A DNA stretch of 62,662 bases, filler included. It is 4 parts of 4 records of this genome, joined end to end, with 100 filler letters (N's around TTAATTAATTAA, not from the genome) between each part and the next. Parts side by side here need not be neighbours in the genome. Positions count along the whole stretch, not along the records: positions 8,900 to 24,370 come from SRR20825019_1640; positions 24,471 to 37,958 come from SRR20825019_1647; 2 more parts are not named here. One strand, 5' to 3'. Shown piece after piece: positions 19,222-28,103 of this stretch; the first letter of the stretch is position 1, and each line of letters begins with the position of its first letter. The position numbers and the translations under genes are program-made. The notes under the pieces are model-generated. The model had not been told where the DNA came from. It worked only from the letters and a program-made list of their open reading frames with translations, and ran no database searches.

Positions 19222-20109
19222 TCATTGTTTGCTTAGTGCTGATTGGGTTTTATAGTATCTAAATAAAAAGTCATAACAGACCATTTCATTCAGCCTGTTC
19301 TTTGATTTAAATAATCTGTTCATCAGCATATGTATGTAACTGCCCAATAAGTTATTTAGTTTCAGCTGATCGTACTTGTCATTTTTGAGTGACAGTATTT
19401 CTTCTATTATCGGTTCCAACGCAATCTGTTTATATTCTAAAACGCTAAAAATAGGTGCATAATCAGGGTTTTCGTTCTGAGAAAAGTTCAGAAAAGAACT
19501 AATGCTGTTTCTCTCTTTTCTATATTTATCATCCAATTGCTTTTTGAGGGGTCTGGACATTCCAAATTCTTTGCCAAATCCTGTTTTGAGATAGTTCATC
19601 AATTCCAACTTGTCATCAAGTGAGTATTTAAAGCCGCTTAATAGCTCATTGATAGATCTTAGCCCAAATAACCAACGTAAATTTTCCCCTTCATTACCCT
19701 CTATCAAATCTAAGAATCTAACCGTTGCTTCACTATCATGGTAAAAAAGACTTTCAGATACTTCCATGGTGTTCAATCCATATCGCTCCAACTCTCGTTG
19801 ATAGGTATCCAATTGTATTTTCCAAACCAAATCCTGCTCCATCAGATCATTCAGTGGACGATAAAGGGTCGAGACCAATATGTTTATATCATTTAGGTCT
19901 TTGAGAAAGAATCGCACCCTAAGATGATGATTTGGGTCTGCATACCGAATAAAAAACCATTTATCAATGATTTGCTTTGAAAGCAATTTATCCGAACATG
20001 GCTTGATAATTTCCGTTAAGATCGTATCGGCCGTTTTATGTCCTGTATATATTTTATAATATACCCAATTACTGCCAATGGCAAAACTACGTTGGATTTG
20101 CTTTCCCAT
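19222..20109 (-). CDS. lanB: Split LanB, glutamate-elimination subunit (Lant_dehydr_C)
   Basis: GSNWVYYKIY, WFFIRYADPNHHLRVRF, YQRELERYG, SYIHMLMNRLF. Confidence 0.93.
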   Translation of the reverse strand: MGKQIQRSFAIGSNWVYYKIYTGHKTADTILTEIIKPCSDKLLSKQIIDKWFFIRYADPNHHLRVRFFLKDLNDINILVSTLYRPLNDLMEQDLVWKIQLDTYQRELERYGLNTMEVSESLFYHDSEATVRFLDLIEGNEGENLRWLFGLRSINELLSGFKYSLDDKLELMNYLKTGFGKEFGMSRPLKKQLDDKYRKERNSISSFLNFSQNENPDYAPIFSVLEYKQIALEPIIEEILSLKNDKYDQLKLNNLLGSYIHMLMNRLFKSKNRLNEMVCYDFLFRYYKTQSALSKQ

Positions 20110-20110
20110 A

Positions 20111-22351
20111 TTAGTCTTTTTTGGTGTTCAATTTACTTCCGTTAAACGCAGAGATTACAATTTGATGGGTGTAATTGCCCATTTCAGATTTGACAACGGT
20201 TTCATCACTGAATAAAAACTCTGTCAGAACAAAGCTCGGCTTACTTTTTACTTCATCCAGCATAACCTGTACAGAAGACATATTCGAGAAGTTTATTAAA
20301 AGCTCCTTATCGTCTTCAATCAGTAGGGCATACTTTGGAAGTTGAAATTTATTGCGTAAAACGAGAATTTTTTGCTTTAAAGAGTCACTTTTTTTATCAT
20401 TCAACAACGAACTGATGTCCTCCTTTTTTAGCCTCCATTTAGCACGGTGTAGGATCAAGTTTTCATATTCGACCCTGGGTATGAAACTTCGGTTGTTTCC
20501 CATATGACTTAAATCAAAATAGAACCCTTTTCTTGTATTCTGTGTTTGCATATCACATAAAAACTGATATATCGGCAACGTACTCCTATAATAGTTGTGG
20601 GCATTGGTCAAGTGAGGGATAACTTCCTTATTTAACTTCTTGGAACGTAGGAAAAGTTTATTGTTCTTAATTGAAATAAACAAATCGTCCAGTGGGATTT
20701 GATTTGAACTGTCTTTATTGGATTTGGCCAAATATGGTATTTCATAATCGCGAAATGATGGGCGCATTAAAATATTTCCAACCCTTGCCTCGGGTAAATG
20801 AATGATTTCAGCAAGTATTTTCTCAGGGTTCATCTCAGTCTCTCTATCGACTATTTTTTGCGTGTAATCATTTATTTTTTTGTCTCCATGACAAAACCGG
20901 CCCAGTAAGTTTGCCGCACTTGAACCACTCATCCCGGCAAAAAGTATTTTTTCGCAATTATCTTCCAATACAATTCTGATCATACCGGATAACGTGTCTG
21001 GAAGGTCATCCCAATTTATCGGGAAATCATCAAAGTCATTGTTGGTCAACACCACTTTCTTCCCATTTGTTTTCTCACAATGAATCAGCTTCTCTTCAAG
21101 AATTTGATGGATTTTGTTATGGACAATAGTGGTCTTACGGTAGAAATCGTCCTGTTGGGGCAGTAGGATATCATCCACCAAAGGATTGAAGTCGCCAATT
21201 ACCCCTCCTTGAATATAGCCAATTCCTGTTTCAACATCCAGAACTTTTGAAAGTTGCATTTCTCTTTCTTCGTAGCGCTCAAGAAAAGCCTCTTTAAATT
21301 TAGATAGATTATCGTCTGTCTTTTGAAGGGTTAGTTTATTCATTAATACCATTCCTCTTTTCAAGGATTTCATAAGGCTAAATGAAAGCTTGTTCTCCTC
21401 GGGCCTCAGCTCCAAATCAGTCTGAAATAAAAATCGGATATCGAAGGGTGTCGGATTGTCCTTGATTTTATCGCTAAGGGAAATGTAGGTGTTCGGCGGG
21501 TTGCACAAGCGTTTATCCAAATCTTTCAACCGCATTCCAATGTCGGTTAATAATTTAACTTCTTCATTGGAGTTTTTTAATTTTTTTAAAACCTCTAAAA
21601 TATGGGACATAAATTCTGGACCCGAAACCGAGGGCTCCAATTCACTTATAAGCAATTGGCTATCCAATAACTCCTCAATAAAACCTTCTGCTACCTCACG
21701 TGATATTTCTTCTTCAATCAGTACTTCGGTAAGTTCTTGAATATTTGCCCCGACCTTTGCCTTGGCAAATATTTTTTGCAGGTAGTCAGAATTTTCAACC
21801 TCGACCACGTGATGCTGCCTGATATTGTTAATATAATAATACTCAACGTATCTTATCTGATCTCCTGTTTGGTAGATACTTGTATTTGGAAAGAACATCA
21901 ATTCTTCACGAATCTGTTTTTTTTTAGAGATATCTTGAGAAAGTGCCACTAGATAATTCATATCCAAACGGGTATGTCTTTTATTCTGGACCGGGCTCGA
22001 ATTCCTTATGGATGTATGATCACCAAAAGACCCTAAACTACAACCTGCAAAAAGACCAAAAGGTGTACAACGAGTGCACATTCTGGTCAGGTATTTAAAA
22101 AATGACAGCCTAACTTTATCTTCTTTAATGGTATCCAGCTCACCTTTCACCCATTTTTCTAACTCAAAGAAAAGAGTTGGAGATGCCAAAAAGCAGGACT
22201 CCTTTATCAAAGGATCATTGAAGCATTCCTTTAAGGCTTCATCGGTGACATATTCATCTTGCGTTAGTTTTTTATAATAGTCAAAACTTAACAAGGGCGT
22301 TCTAAGAACATAGTTTGAGAAAAACTTATAGGGATTCTTATTTTTGTTCAT
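20111..22351 (-). CDS. lanB: Split LanB, glutamylation subunit (Lant_dehydr_N)
   Basis: VLRTPLL, FLASP, KYLTRMCTRCTPFGLFAG, LLGRF, RVGNILMRP, IPHLTNAHN, PRVEY. Confidence 0.95.
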   Translation of the reverse strand: MNKNKNPYKFFSNYVLRTPLLSFDYYKKLTQDEYVTDEALKECFNDPLIKESCFLASPTLFFELEKWVKGELDTIKEDKVRLSFFKYLTRMCTRCTPFGLFAGCSLGSFGDHTSIRNSSPVQNKRHTRLDMNYLVALSQDISKKKQIREELMFFPNTSIYQTGDQIRYVEYYYINNIRQHHVVEVENSDYLQKIFAKAKVGANIQELTEVLIEEEISREVAEGFIEELLDSQLLISELEPSVSGPEFMSHILEVLKKLKNSNEEVKLLTDIGMRLKDLDKRLCNPPNTYISLSDKIKDNPTPFDIRFLFQTDLELRPEENKLSFSLMKSLKRGMVLMNKLTLQKTDDNLSKFKEAFLERYEEREMQLSKVLDVETGIGYIQGGVIGDFNPLVDDILLPQQDDFYRKTTIVHNKIHQILEEKLIHCEKTNGKKVVLTNNDFDDFPINWDDLPDTLSGMIRIVLEDNCEKILFAGMSGSSAANLLGRFCHGDKKINDYTQKIVDRETEMNPEKILAEIIHLPEARVGNILMRPSFRDYEIPYLAKSNKDSSNQIPLDDLFISIKNNKLFLRSKKLNKEVIPHLTNAHNYYRSTLPIYQFLCDMQTQNTRKGFYFDLSHMGNNRSFIPRVEYENLILHRAKWRLKKEDISSLLNDKKSDSLKQKILVLRNKFQLPKYALLIEDDKELLINFSNMSSVQVMLDEVKSKPSFVLTEFLFSDETVVKSEMGNYTHQIVISAFNGSKLNTKKD

Positions 22352-22358
22352 TTTTTTG

Positions 22359-23576
22359 TTAACTAATCATTAGACATTCGTCCCATTTAGTGGTATTCTC
22401 GGAAAGGTAATCGATGATCACTAAACCTATTCCAGCTATTCCTTCTAATAAAGAAAGCTCAGGAGACCACTTCTGTTGTGATGGATACCATTGCTTGTAA
22501 CCACAATAACCATCCTTGTGGGTCGCTTTTTGGATGCCATCCTCAATCCAAAATTTATATGAATCTTGAAAGGTCCTATCAGATTTTTTTCTATGTAGGT
22601 TATTGTAAATCAATGCGTTTCCGTAAGATCCATGGCAAATGGAAGCATCGTTCACTAAAGTGTCTTTAGGTAATTTTCTTTTTGTTGTCTGTTTTAAAAC
22701 TCTTAGGGAGTAGTTCATTAATTGATCATCCGAGATGGATTCTCCCACGCGTAAAAGCGAAAGGCCGATTCCTAGATCTCCGTAACACCATGCCACCCTT
22801 CCATTGTAATCTATCTTTTCACCAGGCTCTACCCAACTGGGAAAAAGTGCAAAATTGTTTGAATCCTTATTTTCTAAGTTGATTATGTAGCTGACACCTC
22901 CTTGAATTAAGGCTAAAGTGGTTTTTTTTTCAATTCCGGTATGGTATAGCCGTGCCAAATAATTAAGTATGCTGGAGATCCCATGGGAAAGGGACAGATT
23001 ATAGCCTTTGTTCTTTTTGTTTATGTCAAGAATAGACTCCCAAGCTAAACCACCACTATCAGTTTTGATTGATAAATCGTTAAGATAGGCTAAAGACTCC
23101 AATAGATAGGCCTTATAGCGTTTTTTTAAGTCGACATCCCCAGTGCTTTCAAATCTACTCAAAAAGTAAAATGCATAACCCAGTGCTCCATGTAGGAAAT
23201 CATAGTTGCCAATCTTGAATTCAGCCAACATGTAGTTATAGAGATATTCATCAAATGGAGAAAGGAGCTCATCACAATCTAACTGGATAAAATTAGAGTT
23301 GTTCAAATGTTGAATGGTCCAGCCGAAACCGGTGATACCAGTTGAATAAGTAGGATTGGAATAGCCTGAGTTAATTTTTTCAATACCAAATGAAAGCATT
23401 TCCAGACCAATATTTGAACTGTCCCCATCCTCTAGATATTTTGAGTAATAAAACTGGAACATGGCCAATCCCGAAAGCCCTGCCAAAACTCCCAATTCAG
23501 TTTGACTCGTATATTTTGAAACAATGATTTCGCTGATATCGTCCAAAGTCTTTTTAAAATGTTTAGTATATTTCAT
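22359..23576 (-). CDS. lanC: Lanthionine cyclase LanC2
   Basis: YDFLHGALG, NLSLSHGISS, AWCYGDLG, ICHGSYG, LLEGIAGIGL; 7 nt upstream of lanB. Confidence 0.95.
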   Translation of the reverse strand: MKYTKHFKKTLDDISEIIVSKYTSQTELGVLAGLSGLAMFQFYYSKYLEDGDSSNIGLEMLSFGIEKINSGYSNPTYSTGITGFGWTIQHLNNSNFIQLDCDELLSPFDEYLYNYMLAEFKIGNYDFLHGALGYAFYFLSRFESTGDVDLKKRYKAYLLESLAYLNDLSIKTDSGGLAWESILDINKKNKGYNLSLSHGISSILNYLARLYHTGIEKKTTLALIQGGVSYIINLENKDSNNFALFPSWVEPGEKIDYNGRVAWCYGDLGIGLSLLRVGESISDDQLMNYSLRVLKQTTKRKLPKDTLVNDASICHGSYGNALIYNNLHRKKSDRTFQDSYKFWIEDGIQKATHKDGYCGYKQWYPSQQKWSPELSLLEGIAGIGLVIIDYLSENTTKWDECLMIS

Positions 23577-23841
23577 TTGAAAACCATTTTTGACATTTTT
23601 GTATAGTAAAATTCTTTCTTTTTTTAAAGGAATTACTTATTTGTTGAAAATATAAAATAAATTACTATTAGTCTTCATTGAAAGGATGAAAAATGTAGTT
23701 ATTATCATTCCAATAACTGTAATAATTTATTTATCTCTATCTAGACTTGAGTTTTTGAGCAATTAGGTCTTATAGAAAATGCAAATAGCAAACAACAAGC
23801 CTCGGACTTTTGTTATTTGGTGCCAGGCATCAACTCAATTA

Positions 23842-23982
23842 TTACAATACTTTGATTATTACAACCATGAAAGAAGATAACAATCCATCGACTATGAAAG
23901 ACCTATTGATCTATTTAAAAGAGCGGCTTGATAATTATGTTAGTTTTGTAGAGAAACTGTCCTAAAGATCGGGGTATCTACA
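23842..23982 (+). mobile_element. IS3-family remnant: transposase C-terminus plus right terminal repeat
   Basis: Hand translation LQYFDYYNHERR*QSIDYERPIDLFKRAA* resembles the IS3 YN..R.H.SL...P tail. It is followed by CTGTCCTAAAGATCGGGGTATCTACA, ending in the IS3-type CA-3'. Confidence 0.7.
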
Positions 23983-23983
23983 T

Positions 23984-24370
23984 ACCTATACACTTTCCCC
24001 AATGGCAAAGCACAAAGCATCCGAAGTGGAACTGAATCGAAAGACGGTCAAGAGAGGGTTACAATTTAATCGGGACAGTTTTTACCAAGCAGCCGAATAA
24101 ACCTTTGACAGGACAATGGGTTTCAAGAGGAACTATGTGGAATCCTATGCAGGGAGAAAGGCCCATGCAAAGGAACCGGGGAAGTTCTTTGCCCAAGTGA
24201 TGGGATTGCCCACCAAGGAAAAGGACATGGCTTTCAAACTTCTTAAGACAATGGGGGTCAAGGCTCCGAGTATACCTACCAATAAGGTGCAAATGGCGGC
24301 CAAGATCATCAAGGCACGTGGAAGGAGTATCGATAAGGCCAGGGGAGCGGGTGAGGACATGGGCTACTGA
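23984..24370 (+). pseudogene. Truncated putative mobilization relaxase (MobB/DUF5712-like), C-terminal fragment
   Basis: One frame reads TYTLSPMAKHKASEVELNRKTVKRGLQFNRDSFYQAAE*TFDRTMGFKRNYVESY...IPTNKVQMAAKIIKARGRSIDKARGAGEDMGY*. Internal TAA at 24098-24100; begins right after the IS3 end. Family assigned from recalled similarity. Confidence 0.6.
24304..24370 (+). repeat. Imperfect direct repeat of 8900-8966
   Basis: 67 nt, 9 mismatches, mostly third-codon positions. Confidence 0.9.
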
Positions 24371-24470
24371 NNNNNNNNNNNNNNNNNNNNNNNNNNNNNN
24401 NNNNNNNNNNNNNNTTAATTAATTAANNNNNNNNNNNNNNNNNNNNNNNNNNNNNNNNNNNNNNNNNNNN
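24371..24470. other. Artificial contig spacer
   Basis: 44 N + TTAATTAATTAA + 44 N. Confidence 0.98.
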
Positions 24471-24821
24471 ACAGATGTCGATCATCTCCTGGACTTCGCC
24501 CAGACCTTCGGACGGCGACTTGCCGGCCTCGATCGACACCATGCGGCCCAGCTCTTCCTTGGAGGCGCGCAGTTCCTCGGAAAAGAGGCGCACCAGTTCG
24601 CCGCGAAGGGGGGCGGGGACATTGCGCCAGATGCGGAACGCGTCGTTGGCCTTGGCGATGGCCGTTTCGGCATCCGAGACGCTGTGTTCAGCCAGGGTTG
24701 CGACGGTCTCGCCCGTGACGGGCGAGATCACGGCCATGCCGCCCGACACATCGAGGGGAGCGGTCACGCCGCAGGCGTTCATGGTGTCTGCGGTGACTGC
24801 GGACAGGGTTTTTGTAAGCAT
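24471..24821 (-). CDS. Aldehyde dehydrogenase, ALDH7/piperideine-6-carboxylate dehydrogenase type (5' part)
   Basis: SPVTGE, WRNVPAPLRGELVR, EGLGEVQEMIDIC; ATG 24821 with AAAGGA RBS; truncated at contig end. Confidence 0.85.
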
Positions 24822-24840
24822 CGTAGGTCCTTTCGTTATG

Positions 24841-26244
24841 TCAGGCGTGCGCGCGGCCCAGAACGGAGCGGGCACGGGCGATCGAGGCCGCTTCGGCCTC
24901 GGCGTAGCGTTGGTGCAGTTCGACGACCGGCGCGCCGAGGTCGGCCTCGAAACGGTCGCGGTTCGGATTGGCCACGAAGGCGTGGGCTGCGTCGTCACCA
25001 AGGTTGGACTGGAAAATCCCGGCGGCGGAAACCGGCAGGAAGTCTTCATAGACTATGGGGTCGGCGTGCAAGAGCCCCTCGGCGACAAGCTCGGAAGGGC
25101 TAAGCGTCAGGTCCGCATCCGAGGACGCCTTGCCCGTGGCGCTGTAGCGGAAATACCCCAAGCCCTGCGTGCGAAGCGTATCGACATCATCCGGAAACTC
25201 TTCAAAGACCCGCGCGAGCGTTTCCATGTACTCGGCCGCATTAGAGCCATCGGCCGCAGGGCGCACGATGTCCCGCGTTTGCGAAAGCAGCTTGTTATAA
25301 AGCGCCTGACCCTTGGGGGTCAGTGCGATGCCACGTTGTTCGATTTCTCCGAACCGCGCGGTGTGGCTGCCGGCAATGGTGGTGGTGCCGTCGCTGTAGG
25401 ACACCGGCTCTTCCAGTGCCTTGAAGGAGGTTTGGCGCAGAAGGATCGGGACCGCGCGGGAGGGCGGGCCTTCGATCACGGCCTTTGGCGCGATGCCCTG
25501 CTCCGGCATCAGGCGCTGCACTGCATCAATATCAAGGGTGCGCGGTGTCAGGTGATTGATATGTGGACCTTTGAAGGCAACCACGTCGGCAACAAGCCGG
25601 TGCGCCGCGTGCAGGCGTTCATACAGAGGATAGCTGACATTGGCCTCGGGGTGCCAACGGAAGGTCTCCAGCGCCTCGGCAACGAAAACCTCTGCTTCTT
25701 GGGCAGTCAGGCCGCCCTGCGTCTCTGCAAGCTTGATCTTTTCAAGGCATCCGGGGGTAAAGATCTCGCGGGCGGCGAGCACCTCTTGCGCTTCTTCGCG
25801 CAGCTTCGCGTCCTCGATCAGATCAAGGCGCAGCAGAGAGGTGAAGACCCGGAAAGGGTTGGCGTTCAGCGCCGTGTCATCCAGCGGGCGGAATGCGGTC
25901 GAATGGACCGGGACACCTGCCACGGAAAGGTCGTAGTAGCCGACCGGGTACATGCCCATGACCGCAAAGAGGCGGCGCATGGTTGCCAGTTCCTGCGCGG
26001 TGCCAAGCCGGATCGCTCCGTGACGTTCCTCGCTGATGCGGTCGAGTTCGCCCAGCTTCTCAAGGCGCGCATGAACGGCGGGGTTGGACTGAAGGGTTGC
26101 GTCGTTCACCTGGCGCACGAGGTCGAGAAGCGTGCCGTATGCGGGCACCTCGTCGCGGTAAAGCGCGGACATGGCGCGGGAAAACAGCGTTCGGATCGCA
26201 TTGGGGTCGAGATGGGACAATTGGGTCGGGCCTCCGTTGAACAT
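24841..26244 (-). CDS. hglS: 2-oxoadipate dioxygenase/decarboxylase (DUF1338, YdcJ/HglS)
   Basis: FSRAMSALYRDEVP, ERHGAIRLG, HINHLTPR, ARFGEIEQRG, YEDFLPVSAAGIF. Confidence 0.9.
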   Translation of the reverse strand: MFNGGPTQLSHLDPNAIRTLFSRAMSALYRDEVPAYGTLLDLVRQVNDATLQSNPAVHARLEKLGELDRISEERHGAIRLGTAQELATMRRLFAVMGMYPVGYYDLSVAGVPVHSTAFRPLDDTALNANPFRVFTSLLRLDLIEDAKLREEAQEVLAAREIFTPGCLEKIKLAETQGGLTAQEAEVFVAEALETFRWHPEANVSYPLYERLHAAHRLVADVVAFKGPHINHLTPRTLDIDAVQRLMPEQGIAPKAVIEGPPSRAVPILLRQTSFKALEEPVSYSDGTTTIAGSHTARFGEIEQRGIALTPKGQALYNKLLSQTRDIVRPAADGSNAAEYMETLARVFEEFPDDVDTLRTQGLGYFRYSATGKASSDADLTLSPSELVAEGLLHADPIVYEDFLPVSAAGIFQSNLGDDAAHAFVANPNRDRFEADLGAPVVELHQRYAEAEAASIARARSVLGRAHA

Positions 26245-26437
26245 CGAGCCACGGATCGACTAACACCTCTTTCCGGCACACCCCAACGATGGTTCGGACT
26301 GGCCCCATTCCATTTCGGAATGTGTGCGCTGGCGCAAGCGCGTGGGCAGCGTCAAGTGTCCAGAACGTCCGGGGGTGGAGATCAAGGGTCAGGCGTTGGA
26401 TCGCCCTTCAGCCATATGACGCCCGAAGGCAGGCCGG

Positions 26438-27028
26438 TCAAAGAAGCTGGCGTTTGGTGACGTCCATCGCGGTCTGCAATGGTGTGTCGTCCCTGGTGAT
26501 CTTTGCCATCAGGCTGGCGCCAAGCCACATCTGGTACTGCTGCGCGGCGAGTGCGGCCGGGTCGTCCGAAATCCGCAGCGAGCCATCTGCGATACCGGCC
26601 TCGATGGCCTCGGCCAGACGGGCTGTGACCCGCGCGGTTCCATCCACAAGGATGGCGCGCATTTCTTCCGACAGATCGGACACCTCGGCGGCAAGCTTGA
26701 CGACGAGGCATTTTCTCTGCGGATCGTCCGCCGCCTGATTGGCCAGCCATTTCGACCAATAAGTCATGAGCCGCTCGGCCCCCGACTGGCCCTCTCTGGC
26801 AAAGATGTCGTCCATGGCAGCCAAATAGACTTCGAAATACCGCGCCAGCAGGGCGGTCCCGAACGCCTCTTTTGACGCAAAGTAGTGGTAAAAGGACCCC
26901 TTGGGGACATTGGCCACCTTGAGCAACTCGGTAAGACCAACACCGGAAAACCCCTTCTCGCTCATGATCGCATGGGCGGAGGAGAGGATGTGTTCGCTTG
27001 CAGAGGTCGATTTCGATTCGCTTTTCAT
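26438..27028 (-). CDS. TetR family regulator, NemR-like
   Basis: KGFSGVGLTELLKVANVPKGSFYHYFASKEAFG, KCLVVKLAAEVSDLSE, WLGASL; start 27028 or 27046. Confidence 0.88.
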   Translation of the reverse strand: MKSESKSTSASEHILSSAHAIMSEKGFSGVGLTELLKVANVPKGSFYHYFASKEAFGTALLARYFEVYLAAMDDIFAREGQSGAERLMTYWSKWLANQAADDPQRKCLVVKLAAEVSDLSEEMRAILVDGTARVTARLAEAIEAGIADGSLRISDDPAALAAQQYQMWLGASLMAKITRDDTPLQTAMDVTKRQLL

Positions 27029-27049
27029 GTCGGCAAGGATATCCATAAT

Positions 27050-27064
27050 TAGACCGGTCGTCTA
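27050..27064. promoter_or_regulatory. NemR-type operator (autoregulation)
   Basis: TAGAC-CGGTC-GTCTA palindrome immediately upstream of the TetR start, resembling the TAGACC..GGTCTA NemR box. Confidence 0.65.
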
Positions 27065-27116
27065 TGCCGCGTGCGCCTTAGCCGGGAAAGCGCGATGATC
27101 CGACGTCCTCGCAAAC

Positions 27117-28043
27117 TCATGGACGTTGCTCCATGGAGGCAAGCTGGTTCCGGAAGTGTTGTTCAAACTTGACCGCCACCGGACTTGCAGTCCGGTGCGC
27201 CGCACGCACGCAATACAGCTTTCGTTCGAGGATAAGATCGGCAACGGGCAAAAAGGTGATCTGCGGATCATTGAACAACAGCACCGCATTGCGCGGCAGC
27301 AACGCGACGCCAAGGCCCGCCCGTACAAGGCAAAGCTGCGCGATGGTCGAATGGCAACGCAACGGGCCGGACTTCAGCGCCTCGGGCAGGCCGGGATGGG
27401 TGGCAAGCAACCGCGAAGACCCCGTTCCAGTGCCCAGATGGATAAGCTGCCGCGGGTCGATGTCCGCCAGATGCACCTGTGCGCTGCGTGCAAGCGCGTG
27501 GTCCGCTGCGCAGGCAAGGCCGAAGGGATCGGCGGCGATCTCGGTCTGAACCAGCTCGGGCGAGGTGCGGGCGCGGCCGGCGATGGCAAGATCAAGCCGG
27601 CCGTCCGCGACCATCTCGGCCAGCGTTTCCGCCACGTCGTCATGCAGCGTCAGGATCACTTCGGGATGTTCCGCGCGAAAGGCAGCGATGGCAGGCGCAA
27701 GGAGCGGGGTGATCGCCGAGGGCGCGGCCCCGATCCGCAGCACACCGCGGAGCCCGCGCGCATGATCGCGCAGACGGGCAAGCGAGAAGTCGAGCGCCTT
27801 GAGCAGCGGCGCGGTCTCGTTCAGAAAGTCCAGCCCAAGCGGTGTCGGGGCCGGTGGACGGCTGCGGCGGTCAAAGAGCGAGCCACCGGCGATCTGCTCG
27901 ATCTGCCGCACCGTCTCGGTCAGCGCCGAGGGCACAACGCCAAGCCTGTCAGCGGCCCGGACAAAACTGCCCTCGGCCCAGATTGCATGGATGGCGCGCA
28001 GATGGCGCAGGTTAAAGTTCGTATTTTCTGAATCTATCTTCAT
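27117..28043 (-). CDS. LysR family transcriptional regulator
   Basis: FNLRHLRA..GSFVRAADRLGVVPSALTETVRQIE HTH, GVLRIGA, GLGVALLP; start ATG 28043. Confidence 0.92.
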   Translation of the reverse strand: MKIDSENTNFNLRHLRAIHAIWAEGSFVRAADRLGVVPSALTETVRQIEQIAGGSLFDRRSRPPAPTPLGLDFLNETAPLLKALDFSLARLRDHARGLRGVLRIGAAPSAITPLLAPAIAAFRAEHPEVILTLHDDVAETLAEMVADGRLDLAIAGRARTSPELVQTEIAADPFGLACAADHALARSAQVHLADIDPRQLIHLGTGTGSSRLLATHPGLPEALKSGPLRCHSTIAQLCLVRAGLGVALLPRNAVLLFNDPQITFLPVADLILERKLYCVRAAHRTASPVAVKFEQHFRNQLASMEQRP

Positions 28044-28048
28044 ATATT

Positions 28049-28067
28049 TCAATTTCGACGAAATTGA
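28049..28067. promoter_or_regulatory. Palindrome in the 60-bp lysR/ydiJ divergent region
   Basis: TCAATTTCG-A-CGAAATTGA perfect 9-bp inverted repeat. Confidence 0.55.
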
Positions 28068-28103
28068 GTCTTCGGTCAATATGCTGCCAGACAGGAGATC
28101 CAG

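Noticed and set aside
20105-20115. lanB apparently broken into two ORFs 1 nt apart
   Set aside because: The break falls at the glutamylation/elimination domain boundary with a clean stop and ATG. Split LanB is established in Bacteroidota, so it was not called a pseudogene.
8900-24370. Contig 2 as a complete circular plasmid because its ends match
   Set aside because: The ends differ at 9 of 67 positions and no replication or integrase gene is present
24475-26460. 661-aa plus-strand ORF
   Set aside because: Antisense shadow of hglS and the aldehyde dehydrogenase in high-GC DNA; no motifs
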